Shown here: one piece after another, positions 1 through 11,521 of the stretch
Layout of the letters: the number at the start of each line of letters is the position of its first letter
How positions within the stretch are numbered: the first letter of the stretch is position 1
Assembly (NCBI GenBank): GCA_017620715.1
Contig: JAGAUN010000047.1
Span: 3,232-67,231 of the forward strand
Direction of reading: 5' to 3'
Source of the DNA: Muribaculaceae bacterium
Lineage (GTDB): Bacteria; Bacteroidota; Bacteroidia; Bacteroidales; Muribaculaceae
DNA length: 64,000 bases
Position numbers and translations under genes: made by a program
Notes under the pieces: model-generated
Seen by the model: only the letters and a program-made list of their open reading frames with translations
Told to the model about the DNA's origin: nothing
Database searches by the model: none

Positions 1-2
1 TT

Positions 3-626
3 AAGGAGATAGCCGCTCAGTATCCCGACGACATCACCTACTCCACAATGGATGTAGGCGCTGCCGATGCCGTAGATACTCTTCATCGAATGATTGACTC
101 TCTCGGCGGCCTCGACCTGCTTATTTATTGTGCCGGTACAGGCTTCTGTGACCCGGAACTGACTCCCGAAAAACTGGGCGTGACGCTTCACACCAACGTC
201 GACGGCTTCGCCTCTATTATCAGCGCCGCCTACCGTTATTTCCGCGACCGCGCTCCGCGTGTGCCCGCGCAGATAGCGGCAATAACCTCCGTTGCCGCCA
301 CAAAAGGCATTGGTGTATCGGCAGCCTATAGCGCCTCAAAAAGTTTCGAACAGAAATTTCTTGAGGCAATAGCCCAGCTTGCGCATATCAACCGATTGCC
401 GCTCACCGTCACCGACATACGCCCCGGTTTCATACGTACCGATCTGCTCGATGCCTCGCGCCATTATCCCATGCTCATGAGTCCCGATTATGCCACACGG
501 CTTGTAATGAGCGCCATACGCCGAGGCCGCTCGGTGGATACCGTCGACTGGCGCTGGCGCCTGCTCACGGCAGCGTGGCACCTCATACCGCGGCCTATAT
601 GGGTACGCCTCAATATCAACTTTTAA
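3..626 (+). CDS. Short-chain dehydrogenase/reductase (5'-truncated by window edge)
   Basis: Frame is open from base 3. YCAG motif, ITSVA Ser, catalytic YSASK and IRPGFIRTD motif typical of SDRs. Confidence 0.85.
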   Translation, partial: KEIAAQYPDDITYSTMDVGAADAVDTLHRMIDSLGGLDLLIYCAGTGFCDPELTPEKLGVTLHTNVDGFASIISAAYRYFRDRAPRVPAQIAAITSVAATKGIGVSAAYSASKSFEQKFLEAIAQLAHINRLPLTVTDIRPGFIRTDLLDASRHYPMLMSPDYATRLVMSAIRRGRSVDTVDWRWRLLTAAWHLIPRPIWVRLNINF

Positions 627-654
627 TCTTCATAATCTCAGCCAAAATACCGTT

Positions 655-1110
655 ATGACAATAGTCAATACCGACAAGCCTATAGCCCTTTGCAGCGATC
701 ATGCCGGCTATCTCTACAAAAAAGCCATCATAGAGCATCTCACGGCGCAAGGCATAGCTACCAAAGATTTCGGCACATACAGCGCCGACAGTTGTGACTA
801 CCCCGACTTCGCCCATCCCTGTGCCAAGGCCGTTGAGTCGGGTCAGTGCTATCCCGGCATAGCCCTCTGCGGTACCGGCAACGGCATTGCCATGACGCTC
901 AACAAACATCAGGGTGTGCGTGCCGCTCTGTGCTGGCTCCCCGAGCTCGCCACTCTCGCACGCGAACACAACGATGCCAACATACTCGTGATGCCCGCAC
1001 GCTTCATCACTATCGAGCAGGCTCTCGCAATAGTCGATACCTTCCTCTCAACACCCTTCTCCGCCGAGGAGCGCCACGCCCGCCGCATAGCCAAAATACC
1101 CGTTTCGTAG
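655..1110 (+). CDS. rpiB: Ribose-5-phosphate isomerase B
   Basis: SDHAG, DYPD, CGTGNG, AREHNDAN and RHARRI motifs of the RpiB/LacAB family. Confidence 0.93.
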   Translation: MTIVNTDKPIALCSDHAGYLYKKAIIEHLTAQGIATKDFGTYSADSCDYPDFAHPCAKAVESGQCYPGIALCGTGNGIAMTLNKHQGVRAALCWLPELATLAREHNDANILVMPARFITIEQALAIVDTFLSTPFSAEERHARRIAKIPVS

Positions 1111-1176
1111 AACCACAAGGCCCGGCGGGTTGTATTATATAATGAAGCACATTGGTTATATATACAACACCCCGCT

Positions 1177-1596
1177 ATGAAACGCATTATTTCGCTTTCG
1201 GCAACAATATCATCTCTTGCGGCCGCATCGCTGCTCACCTCATGCGACGCATTATGGGGCACCGCATCGGTCGACATCGACCCCGGCTACTATAGCGCCG
1301 GAATCTACAACGACTGGTATCCCACCCTCTCGGGGGCGCCCCTCATATCTCCGATATACTGGGGCAATCAGATATATCCCGGTCCGGGGCCGGCGCTTCC
1401 TCCCCCTCAGCGACCCAACGCCGCATGGCGTCCGGGCGCGAACCGCCCCGTAGGCAACTCACGGCCCAATGCAGTGCCGTCGACACCCTCCGTACCCGGG
1501 CAGGGGAGACCGACAATTGCCATCCCCGACCATCCAATCAATCTCAACGGCTCCAATCCCGGCCCCGCACTTCCTCCATGGGGCAATTCACGATAA
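1177..1596 (+). CDS. Proline-rich putative lipoprotein
   Basis: Signal peptide ending in lipobox LLTSC, followed by a Pro/Gly-rich low-complexity body. Confidence 0.7.
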   Translation: MKRIISLSATISSLAAASLLTSCDALWGTASVDIDPGYYSAGIYNDWYPTLSGAPLISPIYWGNQIYPGPGPALPPPQRPNAAWRPGANRPVGNSRPNAVPSTPSVPGQGRPTIAIPDHPINLNGSNPGPALPPWGNSR

Positions 1597-1613
1597 TTTG
1601 GCCTCAATAATAA

Positions 1614-3320
<1,707 letters not shown>

Positions 3321-3353
3321 ATTTTCTAACGCTTACACATACATAGCCAAAGC

Positions 3354-5459
3354 ATGAACCGCAATACACTTATCGGACTGTTGCTCATGGGAGCCATCAT
3401 AATGCTCTTCATGTACCTCAATCAGCCCTCGCCCGAAGAATTGGCGGCACGCCGGCAGCAGGCCGAGCTTGCCGCACAGCAGGCTTCCGAGCCCGCTTCG
3501 GAGCAAGTGCTCACCATCGATTCGGTGTCGCCTTCGGAGCGCGCCGCAATTATCCGCACTGTAAAGCAAAACGGCACGCTCAACTCATCGGCTTCGGCCT
3601 ATACTCTCGCCGCTCCCGGTGTTGAACTTGAAGTGTCGGCCGACTCGGCAGCCACTCTTACCGGTACCGTCACCGTCGGTGATACCCGCGTAGCGGTCAA
3701 CAATATCCTCACTGCATCTTACCCTGACTCCGTGCCCGTGAAGGTGGCCTCGGAAGCGGTGACAATGCTGCGCAACGCCATAGAGGAGTCGGCCCGCTAT
3801 CAGGGCTTCGCCCGTTTCCGCAACGGTACGCCCGAGATAGTGGCCACCCTGTCGAACGATGTGCTCGCCCTCGAGTTCAGCAATCTCGGCGGCGTAATAG
3901 CCAACGCGCGGTTGCTCGACCCCCGCTATACACGCTATGATTCCACCGGCCAGGTTTGTCCCATAGCTATGGGCGATGACATGTATGGCTTCCAGATAGC
4001 ATCGGCCGATATTAATTACGATACCCGTCAGCTCTATTTCGAGGCCGTGCAGGAATCCGATTCCACCGTGCTCATGCAGGTGACTCCGGGCGACGGCGCC
4101 ATGCTCGGCATACGCTACACTCTGCCCCGCGGCAACTCCTATACGGTGCGCATGGATCTGGTACAGTCAAACATCAACACCATCATACCCACTACCGTGT
4201 CGGGCATGCAGTTTAAATGGACACAGCGCATGGCACGCAACGAAGAGGGACGTGTGTTTGAGTCGCAAAACTCCGCCGTATACTACATGCTTGCCAATGG
4301 CGATGTCGACAACCTTTCGGAGATGAGTTCCGACTCCGAGAAGATTGACGAGCCCCTTACCTGGGTCGCTTTCAAAAACCAGTTCTTCTCCACCCTCCTC
4401 GTTCCGCAGCAAGGTTTCAACCGCGCCCAACTGCAGTCGACCGTGCTTCCCGACACTACCGTAAATTCTCTCAAAGATATGGAGATGACAGCCAATATGG
4501 ATTACTCGTCGACCTTAGCCAATCCGGCCTCGATGACATTCTATATAGGCCCCAATTACTACCCGTTGCTGAGCGATCTCTCCACAGAGATTCTCCCCGA
4601 AAAGAACCTCAAGCTCACCAACCTCATTCCCCTCGGATGGTCGCTCTTCCGCTGGATCAATACCTGGGTGGTGATACCTCTCTTTGATTTCCTCGGCGGT
4701 TTCATCACCAACTACGGCATTGTGATACTGCTGCTCACCATCTTCATCAAGATTATACTCTTCCCGTTCACATACAAGAGTTACATGTCGCAGGCCAAAA
4801 TGCGCGTGCTCGCTCCTGAAATCAAAGAAATCAACGAAAAGTATCCCGGTAAGGAAAACGCCATGCGCCGCCAGCAGGAAACCATGGCCCTCTACAGCCG
4901 TGCCGGCGCCAATCCCATGTCGGGCTGTCTGCCTATGCTGCTTCAGCTCCCCATACTTATAGCCATGTTCCGCTTCTTCCCATCGGCCATCGAGCTGCGC
5001 GGTCAGGCATTCCTGTGGGCACACGACCTCTCGGCTCCCGACTATGTGATTTCTCTCCCCTTCGCCATACCTTTCATCGGTAACAAGCTCAGTCTCTTCT
5101 GTCTGCTCATGACGGTGGTCAACATTGTCTATACCCGCATCAATCTGCAAAACCAGCCCGGTGGCTCGCAGATGCCTGCCATGAAATGGATGATGTATCT
5201 CATGCCCGTCATGTTCCTATGCTTCTTTAATAATTATGCCGCAGGTCTGAGCTACTACTACCTGCTTTCGCTCCTTATCACCATAATACAGACTTACATC
5301 TTCCGTAAGGTGGTCAACGAAGAGAAGGTGCGCGCCACCATGAAGGCCAACGCTGCAAAGCCCCGCAAGAAAAGCGGTTTCATGGCTCGCCTCGAAGAAG
5401 CCCAGCGCAAGCAGCAGGCCATGCTTCGCGAGCAGCAGAAACAGCGCGGCCGCAAATAA
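3354..5459 (+). CDS. yidC: Membrane protein insertase YidC
   Basis: N-terminal TM, large periplasmic domain, GCLPMLLQLPIL and WAHDLS motifs; pyrG-yidC synteny typical of Bacteroidetes. Confidence 0.95.
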   Translation: MNRNTLIGLLLMGAIIMLFMYLNQPSPEELAARRQQAELAAQQASEPASEQVLTIDSVSPSERAAIIRTVKQNGTLNSSASAYTLAAPGVELEVSADSAATLTGTVTVGDTRVAVNNILTASYPDSVPVKVASEAVTMLRNAIEESARYQGFARFRNGTPEIVATLSNDVLALEFSNLGGVIANARLLDPRYTRYDSTGQVCPIAMGDDMYGFQIASADINYDTRQLYFEAVQESDSTVLMQVTPGDGAMLGIRYTLPRGNSYTVRMDLVQSNINTIIPTTVSGMQFKWTQRMARNEEGRVFESQNSAVYYMLANGDVDNLSEMSSDSEKIDEPLTWVAFKNQFFSTLLVPQQGFNRAQLQSTVLPDTTVNSLKDMEMTANMDYSSTLANPASMTFYIGPNYYPLLSDLSTEILPEKNLKLTNLIPLGWSLFRWINTWVVIPLFDFLGGFITNYGIVILLLTIFIKIILFPFTYKSYMSQAKMRVLAPEIKEINEKYPGKENAMRRQQETMALYSRAGANPMSGCLPMLLQLPILIAMFRFFPSAIELRGQAFLWAHDLSAPDYVISLPFAIPFIGNKLSLFCLLMTVVNIVYTRINLQNQPGGSQMPAMKWMMYLMPVMFLCFFNNYAAGLSYYYLLSLLITIIQTYIFRKVVNEEKVRATMKANAAKPRKKSGFMARLEEAQRKQQAMLREQQKQRGRK

Positions 5460-5500
5460 TATACCACTGAAGTCTTAAACTCTCTAATCAACTTAACAAT

Positions 5501-6016
5501 ATGCTTAACCCTAAAATTCAAGACGCGCTCAACGCGCAGATCAATGCCGAACTTTGGTCGGCATACCTCTACCTCTCGATGGCCATGAACTTCGAAGCCG
5601 AGGGTCGTCCCGGTGTAGCCAATTGGTTTAAAATCCAGTTTCAGGAAGAGCAGGCTCACGCTCAGATTTTCATCAACTATGTGAATCAGCGCGGCGGCCG
5701 CGTAGTGCTCAAAGCCATTGACGCCGTTCCCACCGAATGGGCTACACCCCTTGTAGCTTTCGAAGCCACTTTGGAACATGAGCAGAAAGTGACCGCTCTC
5801 ATCAATTCACTCTACTCGCTCGCAGAGCAGGAAGCCGACTACGCTACCCGCGACCGTCTCAACTGGTTCGTTGCCGAGCAGGTTGAAGAGGAAGACAACT
5901 GCCGTCAGCTCATCGACAAATTCCGTCTCATCGGCGACAACGGCATGGGTATATACATGCTCGACCAGGAGCTCGGTGCACGTACTTATGTGGCTCCCTC
6001 TGCATTAGCCGAATAA
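5501..6016 (+). CDS. ftnA: Non-heme ferritin
   Basis: LNAQINAELWSAYLYLSMA, QEEQAHA and WFVAEQVEEE ferroxidase motifs. Confidence 0.95.
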   Translation: MLNPKIQDALNAQINAELWSAYLYLSMAMNFEAEGRPGVANWFKIQFQEEQAHAQIFINYVNQRGGRVVLKAIDAVPTEWATPLVAFEATLEHEQKVTALINSLYSLAEQEADYATRDRLNWFVAEQVEEEDNCRQLIDKFRLIGDNGMGIYMLDQELGARTYVAPSALAE

Positions 6017-6039
6017 ATTATTGCTTGCATATATTCCCG

Positions 6040-6072
6040 GCGGCCCCGCATGTCAATGACGTGCGGGGCCGC
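6040..6072. terminator. Hairpin between convergent ferritin and mgtE
   Basis: Inverted repeat gcggccccgca...tgcggggccgc. Confidence 0.65.
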
Positions 6073-6094
6073 TCAGGTATATGTCCTTTATCAG

Positions 6095-7456
6095 TTATAA
6101 GCTGCACAGAAGGGCCGACGATATGGCCATGTATATCACCATGCCTATTATGTCGTTGGTGATGGAGATAAACGGGCCGGTGGCCAGGGCCGGGTCAATC
6201 TTCAGCCGCTCGAGGGTAAGCGGCACAAATGTACCGAACACTGAGGCAAACAGTACCACCGCCATGAGCGACAGCGATACCGCAAGGGTGGTGGCCATGT
6301 GCCCGGCGCCGAGCTTGAAGAAATTGTAGGCAAACACAAGCATTGATATTATGCAGCCGTTTATCAGTCCCACCCCGAGTTCTTTGAAGAGCTGACGGGC
6401 TGAATTCTTAATGTCGAGCGAGCCGTTGGCCAGGCCCTGCACTACGATAGCCGACGACTGTGTGCCCACATTTCCGCCCGTACCGCCTATGAGGGGAATA
6501 AACAGGGCAAGAGTGGGGTCGGCCTGAATGCCGCTCTCGAAATTGCCTAATATGAGTGAATTGCCGAGACCGCCTACCATGCCGATAAGCAACCAGGGGA
6601 GTCGGGCTTTGGTCTGGGTGAAGATGGTATCGTCGGTTTCAACGTCGCTCGACAGACCTGATGCCAGCTGATAGTCGCGCTCGGCCGTCTCGCGTACCTG
6701 ATCCATCACGTCGTCCACGGTGATGCGGCCCAGCAAGCGCCCTATCGAGTCGACTACGGGCATTGCCACAAGGTCGTATTTCTCGAAATCGAGAGCAACG
6801 TCGTCGATGGGCGTATCTGCTTTCACCGCTACGGGGTCGGGCTCCATCACATTTTTTATCTTCGATACCGAGGGGTCGGTGATGAGTTTCTTAAGCGGAA
6901 GTATGCCTCGCAGGCGGTAGTCGTTGTCAACCACATATACATAGTATATTTCGTCGAGGTCTTCGGCCTGCATACGCATCTGCTTGATACACTCGGGCAT
7001 ACTCCAGTTCTCGTTTACCACAATCATCTCGGTGCCCATGAGGCCGCCTGCGGTATCCTCGTCGTATTTTAGAAGGTCGATAATGTCGCCGGCCTGCTCT
7101 ACATCGTCGATGTGTGAGAGAATTTCGTCGCGGTCGTCCTCATCGAGTTCCTGTATTATGTCAACGGCATCGTCGGTATCGAGGTGGTCGATAAACTGCT
7201 TGGCGATTTCCTCGGCGGGCATTCCTTCGAGGAGCTTGCGGCGGTCGTCCTCGTCGAGCTCCATCAGCACATCGGCTGCTACCTCGCTGTCGAGAAGTTT
7301 GTATAGAAACTCAGCCTCGGCCAAGTCGAGATCCTGATAGAGCTCGGCAATGTCGGCCGGGTGGAGCGTAGCAAGCTCCTCGCGCGCCTTTTCGGTGTCG
7401 CCCCGTTGTATTATGCTGCGCAGATTGTCGAGATATTCTTCTGAAAATTCCTTCAT
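6095..7456 (-). CDS. mgtE: Magnesium transporter MgtE
   Basis: LHPADIAE N-domain, CBS pair (TAGGLM, ITVDDV), RLPWL, GGNVGTQS, DPALATGPFI. Confidence 0.96.
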   Translation of the reverse strand: MKEFSEEYLDNLRSIIQRGDTEKAREELATLHPADIAELYQDLDLAEAEFLYKLLDSEVAADVLMELDEDDRRKLLEGMPAEEIAKQFIDHLDTDDAVDIIQELDEDDRDEILSHIDDVEQAGDIIDLLKYDEDTAGGLMGTEMIVVNENWSMPECIKQMRMQAEDLDEIYYVYVVDNDYRLRGILPLKKLITDPSVSKIKNVMEPDPVAVKADTPIDDVALDFEKYDLVAMPVVDSIGRLLGRITVDDVMDQVRETAERDYQLASGLSSDVETDDTIFTQTKARLPWLLIGMVGGLGNSLILGNFESGIQADPTLALFIPLIGGTGGNVGTQSSAIVVQGLANGSLDIKNSARQLFKELGVGLINGCIISMLVFAYNFFKLGAGHMATTLAVSLSLMAVVLFASVFGTFVPLTLERLKIDPALATGPFISITNDIIGMVIYMAISSALLCSL

Positions 7457-8247
7457 CTCTTTTGCGAGGCTTCTATGAGGTTGGTAAGTTCAATAAACTG
7501 TGCTACCGACAAATCTTCGGGGCGCAGCTGCATCATCTCGCTTTCGATGGGCGCCGCGTCGGCCGGAAGGAGCCCGCGCACGGTGTTGCGCAGCATCTTG
7601 CGGCGCTGGCCGAAGGTGCTCTTCACCACGGTGCGGAAGAGGCGCTCGTCGCACCCGAGCTCGCGCACATTGTTGCGTATAAGACATATCACGCCGCTCT
7701 TTACCTTCGGTGGCGGGTTAAATACCTTTTCGCTTACGGTGAAGAGGTACTCAACATCGTACCATGCCTGCAACAGCACACTCAGTATGCCGCGTGCCTT
7801 GCAGCCTGGGGCTGCTGCTATGCGTTCGGCCACCTCGCGCTGCAACATGCCTGAGCAGCACTGTACCACATCTTTGTATTCGAGCACATGGAAAAATATC
7901 TGCGACGAGATATTATAGGGGTAGTTGCCTATTACCGCAATCTTGTCGGCATGGGGGAGGGCAGTGGCGAGGTCGAGAGTCAGGAAATCGCCTTCTATTA
8001 TGCGGCCTTCCTGAGCAAGTGCCGGATACTCGTTGCGCAGATACTCCACGCTCTCGCCGTCGATTTCGGCCACTCTCACATCTGCCCCCTGATCTAAAAG
8101 GCAATGCGTGAGCATACCCATGCCGGGCCCGACTTCGAGTACGGGCAACTGCGATACCGGCTCGAGTGTGGCCGCTATGCGGCGAGCTATTGACTCGTCG
8201 GTGAGGAAGTGCTGCCCTAAGGCTTTTTTCGGACGGACTTTTTGCAT
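7453..8247 (-). CDS. rsmA: 16S rRNA m6,2A dimethyltransferase
   Basis: KKALGQHFL, EVGPGMG, GNYPYNISS, FNPPPKV, FGQRRKML. Confidence 0.97.
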   Translation of the reverse strand: MQKVRPKKALGQHFLTDESIARRIAATLEPVSQLPVLEVGPGMGMLTHCLLDQGADVRVAEIDGESVEYLRNEYPALAQEGRIIEGDFLTLDLATALPHADKIAVIGNYPYNISSQIFFHVLEYKDVVQCCSGMLQREVAERIAAAPGCKARGILSVLLQAWYDVEYLFTVSEKVFNPPPKVKSGVICLIRNNVRELGCDERLFRTVVKSTFGQRRKMLRNTVRGLLPADAAPIESEMMQLRPEDLSVAQFIELTNLIEASQKR

Positions 8248-8291
8248 ACCTCTGCTTCTGCTTCAGTGGCCGCTTTCGTCGCGACCGACCA

Positions 8292-8340
8292 CAAATTTAC
8301 GCTTTTCCGGCAATATTTTAGCGAAAATTCGCTATTTTTG
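8292..8340. promoter_or_regulatory. Back-to-back -7 boxes for rsmA (minus, 8292-8299) and S1/P1 nuclease (plus, 8333-8340)
   Basis: TAaaTTTG on the minus strand and TAttTTTG on the plus strand. Confidence 0.6.
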
Positions 8341-8369
8341 CTCTTCCCAATCTTAAATTCGATTACATT

Positions 8370-9185
8370 ATGCAACGCCACCTACTGTTTATTATTGCTC
8401 TCTTCACTTTTGCCTCAAGCTGGGCATGGAGCCAGAAAGGGCACGACGTTACCGCCTATATAGCCCAAAATCATCTTACTCCGGCTACAGCAAGGGCTGT
8501 TGACTCGATTCTCGACGGCCGTTCAATGGTGTATTGGGCCAACTGGCTCGACAATGCCTCGCATACGCCTGAGTATGCCTACACCAAAACATGGCATTAT
8601 AAGAATATAAACGAGGGTGTGCGCTACGAGGAGATGGGCGCAAATCCCGCCGGCGACGTGGTCACCGGAATCAAGAGCCAGATGGAGGTGCTCATCAGCC
8701 CTAAGTCGACCGAGGCACAGCGCAATCTGGCCATGAAAATTCTCGTGCACCTGCTTGGCGACATGCATCAGCCCATGCACATGGGTCACGCTACGGATCA
8801 GGGCGGCAATCGCATCAAGGTGAAATTTTTCGGCCGCGACACCAATCTGCATTCGGTATGGGATGGCAGCATCGTAGAGGATGGCCACAAATGGAGCTAT
8901 TCGGAATGGCAGGATCAAATTGACCGCGTAACACCTGAAGAGGTGGAGGCCATTGTCGAGGGCTCGATTGACGATTGGGCCAAGGAGACAATGTATGTAG
9001 CGGCTTCTGTTTATGCCAACACAGCCCCCGGCGATAATCTCAGATACGATGAGGTGGCACAGTGGACACCCGTCATCGAAATGCAATTTCTTCGAGGAGG
9101 CTTGCGTCTGGCACATGTACTGAACATGATTTTCGATGCTCAGTACGCCGCGGAGCACACGGCTCCGTATACACCTGCACTGTAA
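8370..9185 (+). CDS. Secreted S1/P1 family nuclease
   Basis: Signal peptide then WSQKGH, WANWLD, WHY, HLLGDMHQPMH and NLHSVWD zinc-ligand motifs. Confidence 0.93.
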   Translation: MQRHLLFIIALFTFASSWAWSQKGHDVTAYIAQNHLTPATARAVDSILDGRSMVYWANWLDNASHTPEYAYTKTWHYKNINEGVRYEEMGANPAGDVVTGIKSQMEVLISPKSTEAQRNLAMKILVHLLGDMHQPMHMGHATDQGGNRIKVKFFGRDTNLHSVWDGSIVEDGHKWSYSEWQDQIDRVTPEEVEAIVEGSIDDWAKETMYVAASVYANTAPGDNLRYDEVAQWTPVIEMQFLRGGLRLAHVLNMIFDAQYAAEHTAPYTPAL

Positions 9186-9209
9186 CTGTGCGGTGTATCA
9201 TAGTATAGA

Positions 9210-9797
9210 TTAAGATATGATGTTCTCGTTGATTATTCGCTTGGCTCCGATGTAGTTGCGCGAATAGTAGCCCCCGTCGGGGAATTTCTGGTATGTGATG
9301 CCCTTCTTGGTGGAGGCATGTATGAACGTTACCTGATTGGTTGACTCGTCGACATCTACCACTATTGCAACATGCCCTACCACTCCTTTGCGTGTGCGGG
9401 GTGAGGCGAAAAACATCAGGTCGCCCGGCTGCAGGTCGTTTTTGTCTACTTTCTCACCTATATTATACTGCATGCGCGAGGTGCGGGGCAGCGAGATACC
9501 GGCTTTGCGGAACACATACCCGGTGAACCCCGAGCAGTCGAAGGTGTTGGGGCCTACGGCCCCCCACACATAACGCTTGCCCAAGAGGGTAGCGGCGATA
9601 TCGGTTATCTCGTCGGCTTTCTGCTCGAGCAGCAACGCGGTGTCGTCGGGCTGAACCGACGGGGATGTTGTACTGTATGGTGCCTCGGGACAGTGCAATA
9701 TATTGGTGTTTGTGAAGTCGAAGTAATCGGTTGTGGTGGTTGGTGTGAAAGGTACTATTGATGATATAAGAGTAAGGATTGGTGCTATAAAGGTCAT
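9210..9797 (-). CDS. NlpC/P60 (C40) peptidoglycan endopeptidase
   Basis: YVWGAVGPNTFDCSGF, LPRTSRMQ, GHVAI, FIHAS. A -7 box lies at 9854-9861 (minus). Confidence 0.93.
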   Translation of the reverse strand: MTFIAPILTLISSIVPFTPTTTTDYFDFTNTNILHCPEAPYSTTSPSVQPDDTALLLEQKADEITDIAATLLGKRYVWGAVGPNTFDCSGFTGYVFRKAGISLPRTSRMQYNIGEKVDKNDLQPGDLMFFASPRTRKGVVGHVAIVVDVDESTNQVTFIHASTKKGITYQKFPDGGYYSRNYIGAKRIINENIIS

Positions 9798-10083
9798 GAT
9801 TGATAGGTTGTATTTTTCAGAATTATGTGCGTTGGTTATTTTTTTTGCTTATACAAAATTACTCAAAACCAAGCGCTTATACAATGCACCATCAATCGCT
9901 TAAGTTAACGATTAAAAAAATTCACGTTCCTCAGGTCGGGCAATTTAACATCTGCGGTTTACAAACCGTGACCCCGCAATAGATTCCGCGTAAACGCGCC
10001 GGGGACAGTTTCACGAAAATTCAGCAACCTTAACTCTGGGTTTTACAATAATTAACCAATTCTGTCGCTCTTTGGAGCAGTAC

Positions 10084-11514
10084 TCATTGCGCCGTGAGCC
10101 CTTTCTCCTTTCCTAATTCGAGGAGGTAGGCTTTGGCGGCTTCATATTCGTTGGGTATAATTCCTTCCAGCACAGCCTCTTTGAGGGCTGATTTGAGTTC
10201 ACCCACTATTGGCGACGGACTTAGTGAGAAGGTGGCCATTATCTCTGCGCCGTCAATCGGGGGCTGGAAGTTGCGCAGGTGGTCGCGGTCGGCCACATCG
10301 TTTATCTTCTCGATAACGTTCTCGAAATTTGCAAGGTGGCGTTTCACCTTTTCCGGATTGCGCGATGTGATGTCGGCCCGGCACAGTGTCATAAGGTCGT
10401 CGAGGTCGCCTTCGCTGTCGGTCACCAGACGCCGTATGGCTGAGTCGGTTACCGTCTCTTCAACCAAAGCTATAGGGCGCATGTGTAGCCTCACTATTTT
10501 CTGCACATACTTCATGGGCTCGCCGAGCGGCATCTTCAGATTTCTGAATATTCGCGCCACCATCTTCGAGCCGGCAAAATCGTGATTCTTGAATGTCCAC
10601 CCGGCCTGATCGTCCCAGCGTTTTGTGACCGGCTTGGCTATGTCGTGCAGCAAAGCAGCCCAGTGCAGCCACAGCTTTTCCGGCTCGGCCTGTGCCACTC
10701 GGTCGAGCACAAGCATAGTGTGCTCGAAATTGTCTTTATGGCCGCGCCCGTGCACCGTCTCTACACCCTGCAGCGCCGACAGTTCGGGCAAAATCAGTTT
10801 AAGAAGCCCGGTGCGGGCGAGGAGGCGCCATCCGGTCGACGGCTGTGGGGCAAGCATTATCTTGTTGAGCTCAGATGCGATGCGTTCGCGCGAGATTATC
10901 GCTATGCGGTGAGCATTGCGGGTTATGGCATCGAGCGATTCGGCCTCTATTTCAAAGCCGAGCTGGGTGGCGAAGCGTATGGCGCGGAGCATGCGCAGCG
11001 GGTCGTCGCTGTAGGTCACATCGGCATCGAGAGGGGTGCGTATTATGCCGCGTTGCAAATCGTCGAGTCCGCCGAAGAGGTCAATTAGGCGAGGAGCTCC
11101 GGTATTGTCGTAGACACTTACGGCCATTGCGTTGATGGTAAAATCGCGGCGCGACAGGTCGTCGGAGAGTGTGCCGTCCTCAACAATCGGCTTGCGGGAG
11201 TCGCGCGAATATGATTCGCGGCGTGCTCCCACGAACTCCAGTTCCAGTCCCTGCAATTTTACCTGTGCTGTGCCGAAGCCGGAGTATATATGCACCGACG
11301 AGGCTCTGCGCGATGATGAACGCAGCTGTTTTGCCACTGCTATGCCGCTTCCGGGCCCCACGCACACAAAGTCGATATCCTTTGAGGGGCGGTGTAGCAG
11401 AGCGTCGCGCACACAGCCCCCCACTGCATAGCAGGGCACATCGATGGCTGCGGCTGCTGCGGCCACCGCTTTCACGGGCTGTTGGTCGAGAAGGGATTGA
11501 AGCTCGGCGTCCAT
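10084..11514 (-). CDS. cca: Class II CCA-adding tRNA nucleotidyltransferase with HD domain
   Basis: VGGCVRD, DIDF, RRDFTINAMA, DDPLRMLRAIRF, LLHDIAK. Start placed at ATG 11514, just after the upstream stop. Confidence 0.9.
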   Translation of the reverse strand: MDAELQSLLDQQPVKAVAAAAAAIDVPCYAVGGCVRDALLHRPSKDIDFVCVGPGSGIAVAKQLRSSSRRASSVHIYSGFGTAQVKLQGLELEFVGARRESYSRDSRKPIVEDGTLSDDLSRRDFTINAMAVSVYDNTGAPRLIDLFGGLDDLQRGIIRTPLDADVTYSDDPLRMLRAIRFATQLGFEIEAESLDAITRNAHRIAIISRERIASELNKIMLAPQPSTGWRLLARTGLLKLILPELSALQGVETVHGRGHKDNFEHTMLVLDRVAQAEPEKLWLHWAALLHDIAKPVTKRWDDQAGWTFKNHDFAGSKMVARIFRNLKMPLGEPMKYVQKIVRLHMRPIALVEETVTDSAIRRLVTDSEGDLDDLMTLCRADITSRNPEKVKRHLANFENVIEKINDVADRDHLRNFQPPIDGAEIMATFSLSPSPIVGELKSALKEAVLEGIIPNEYEAAKAYLLELGKEKGLTAQ

Positions 11515-11521
11515 CTGAGTG

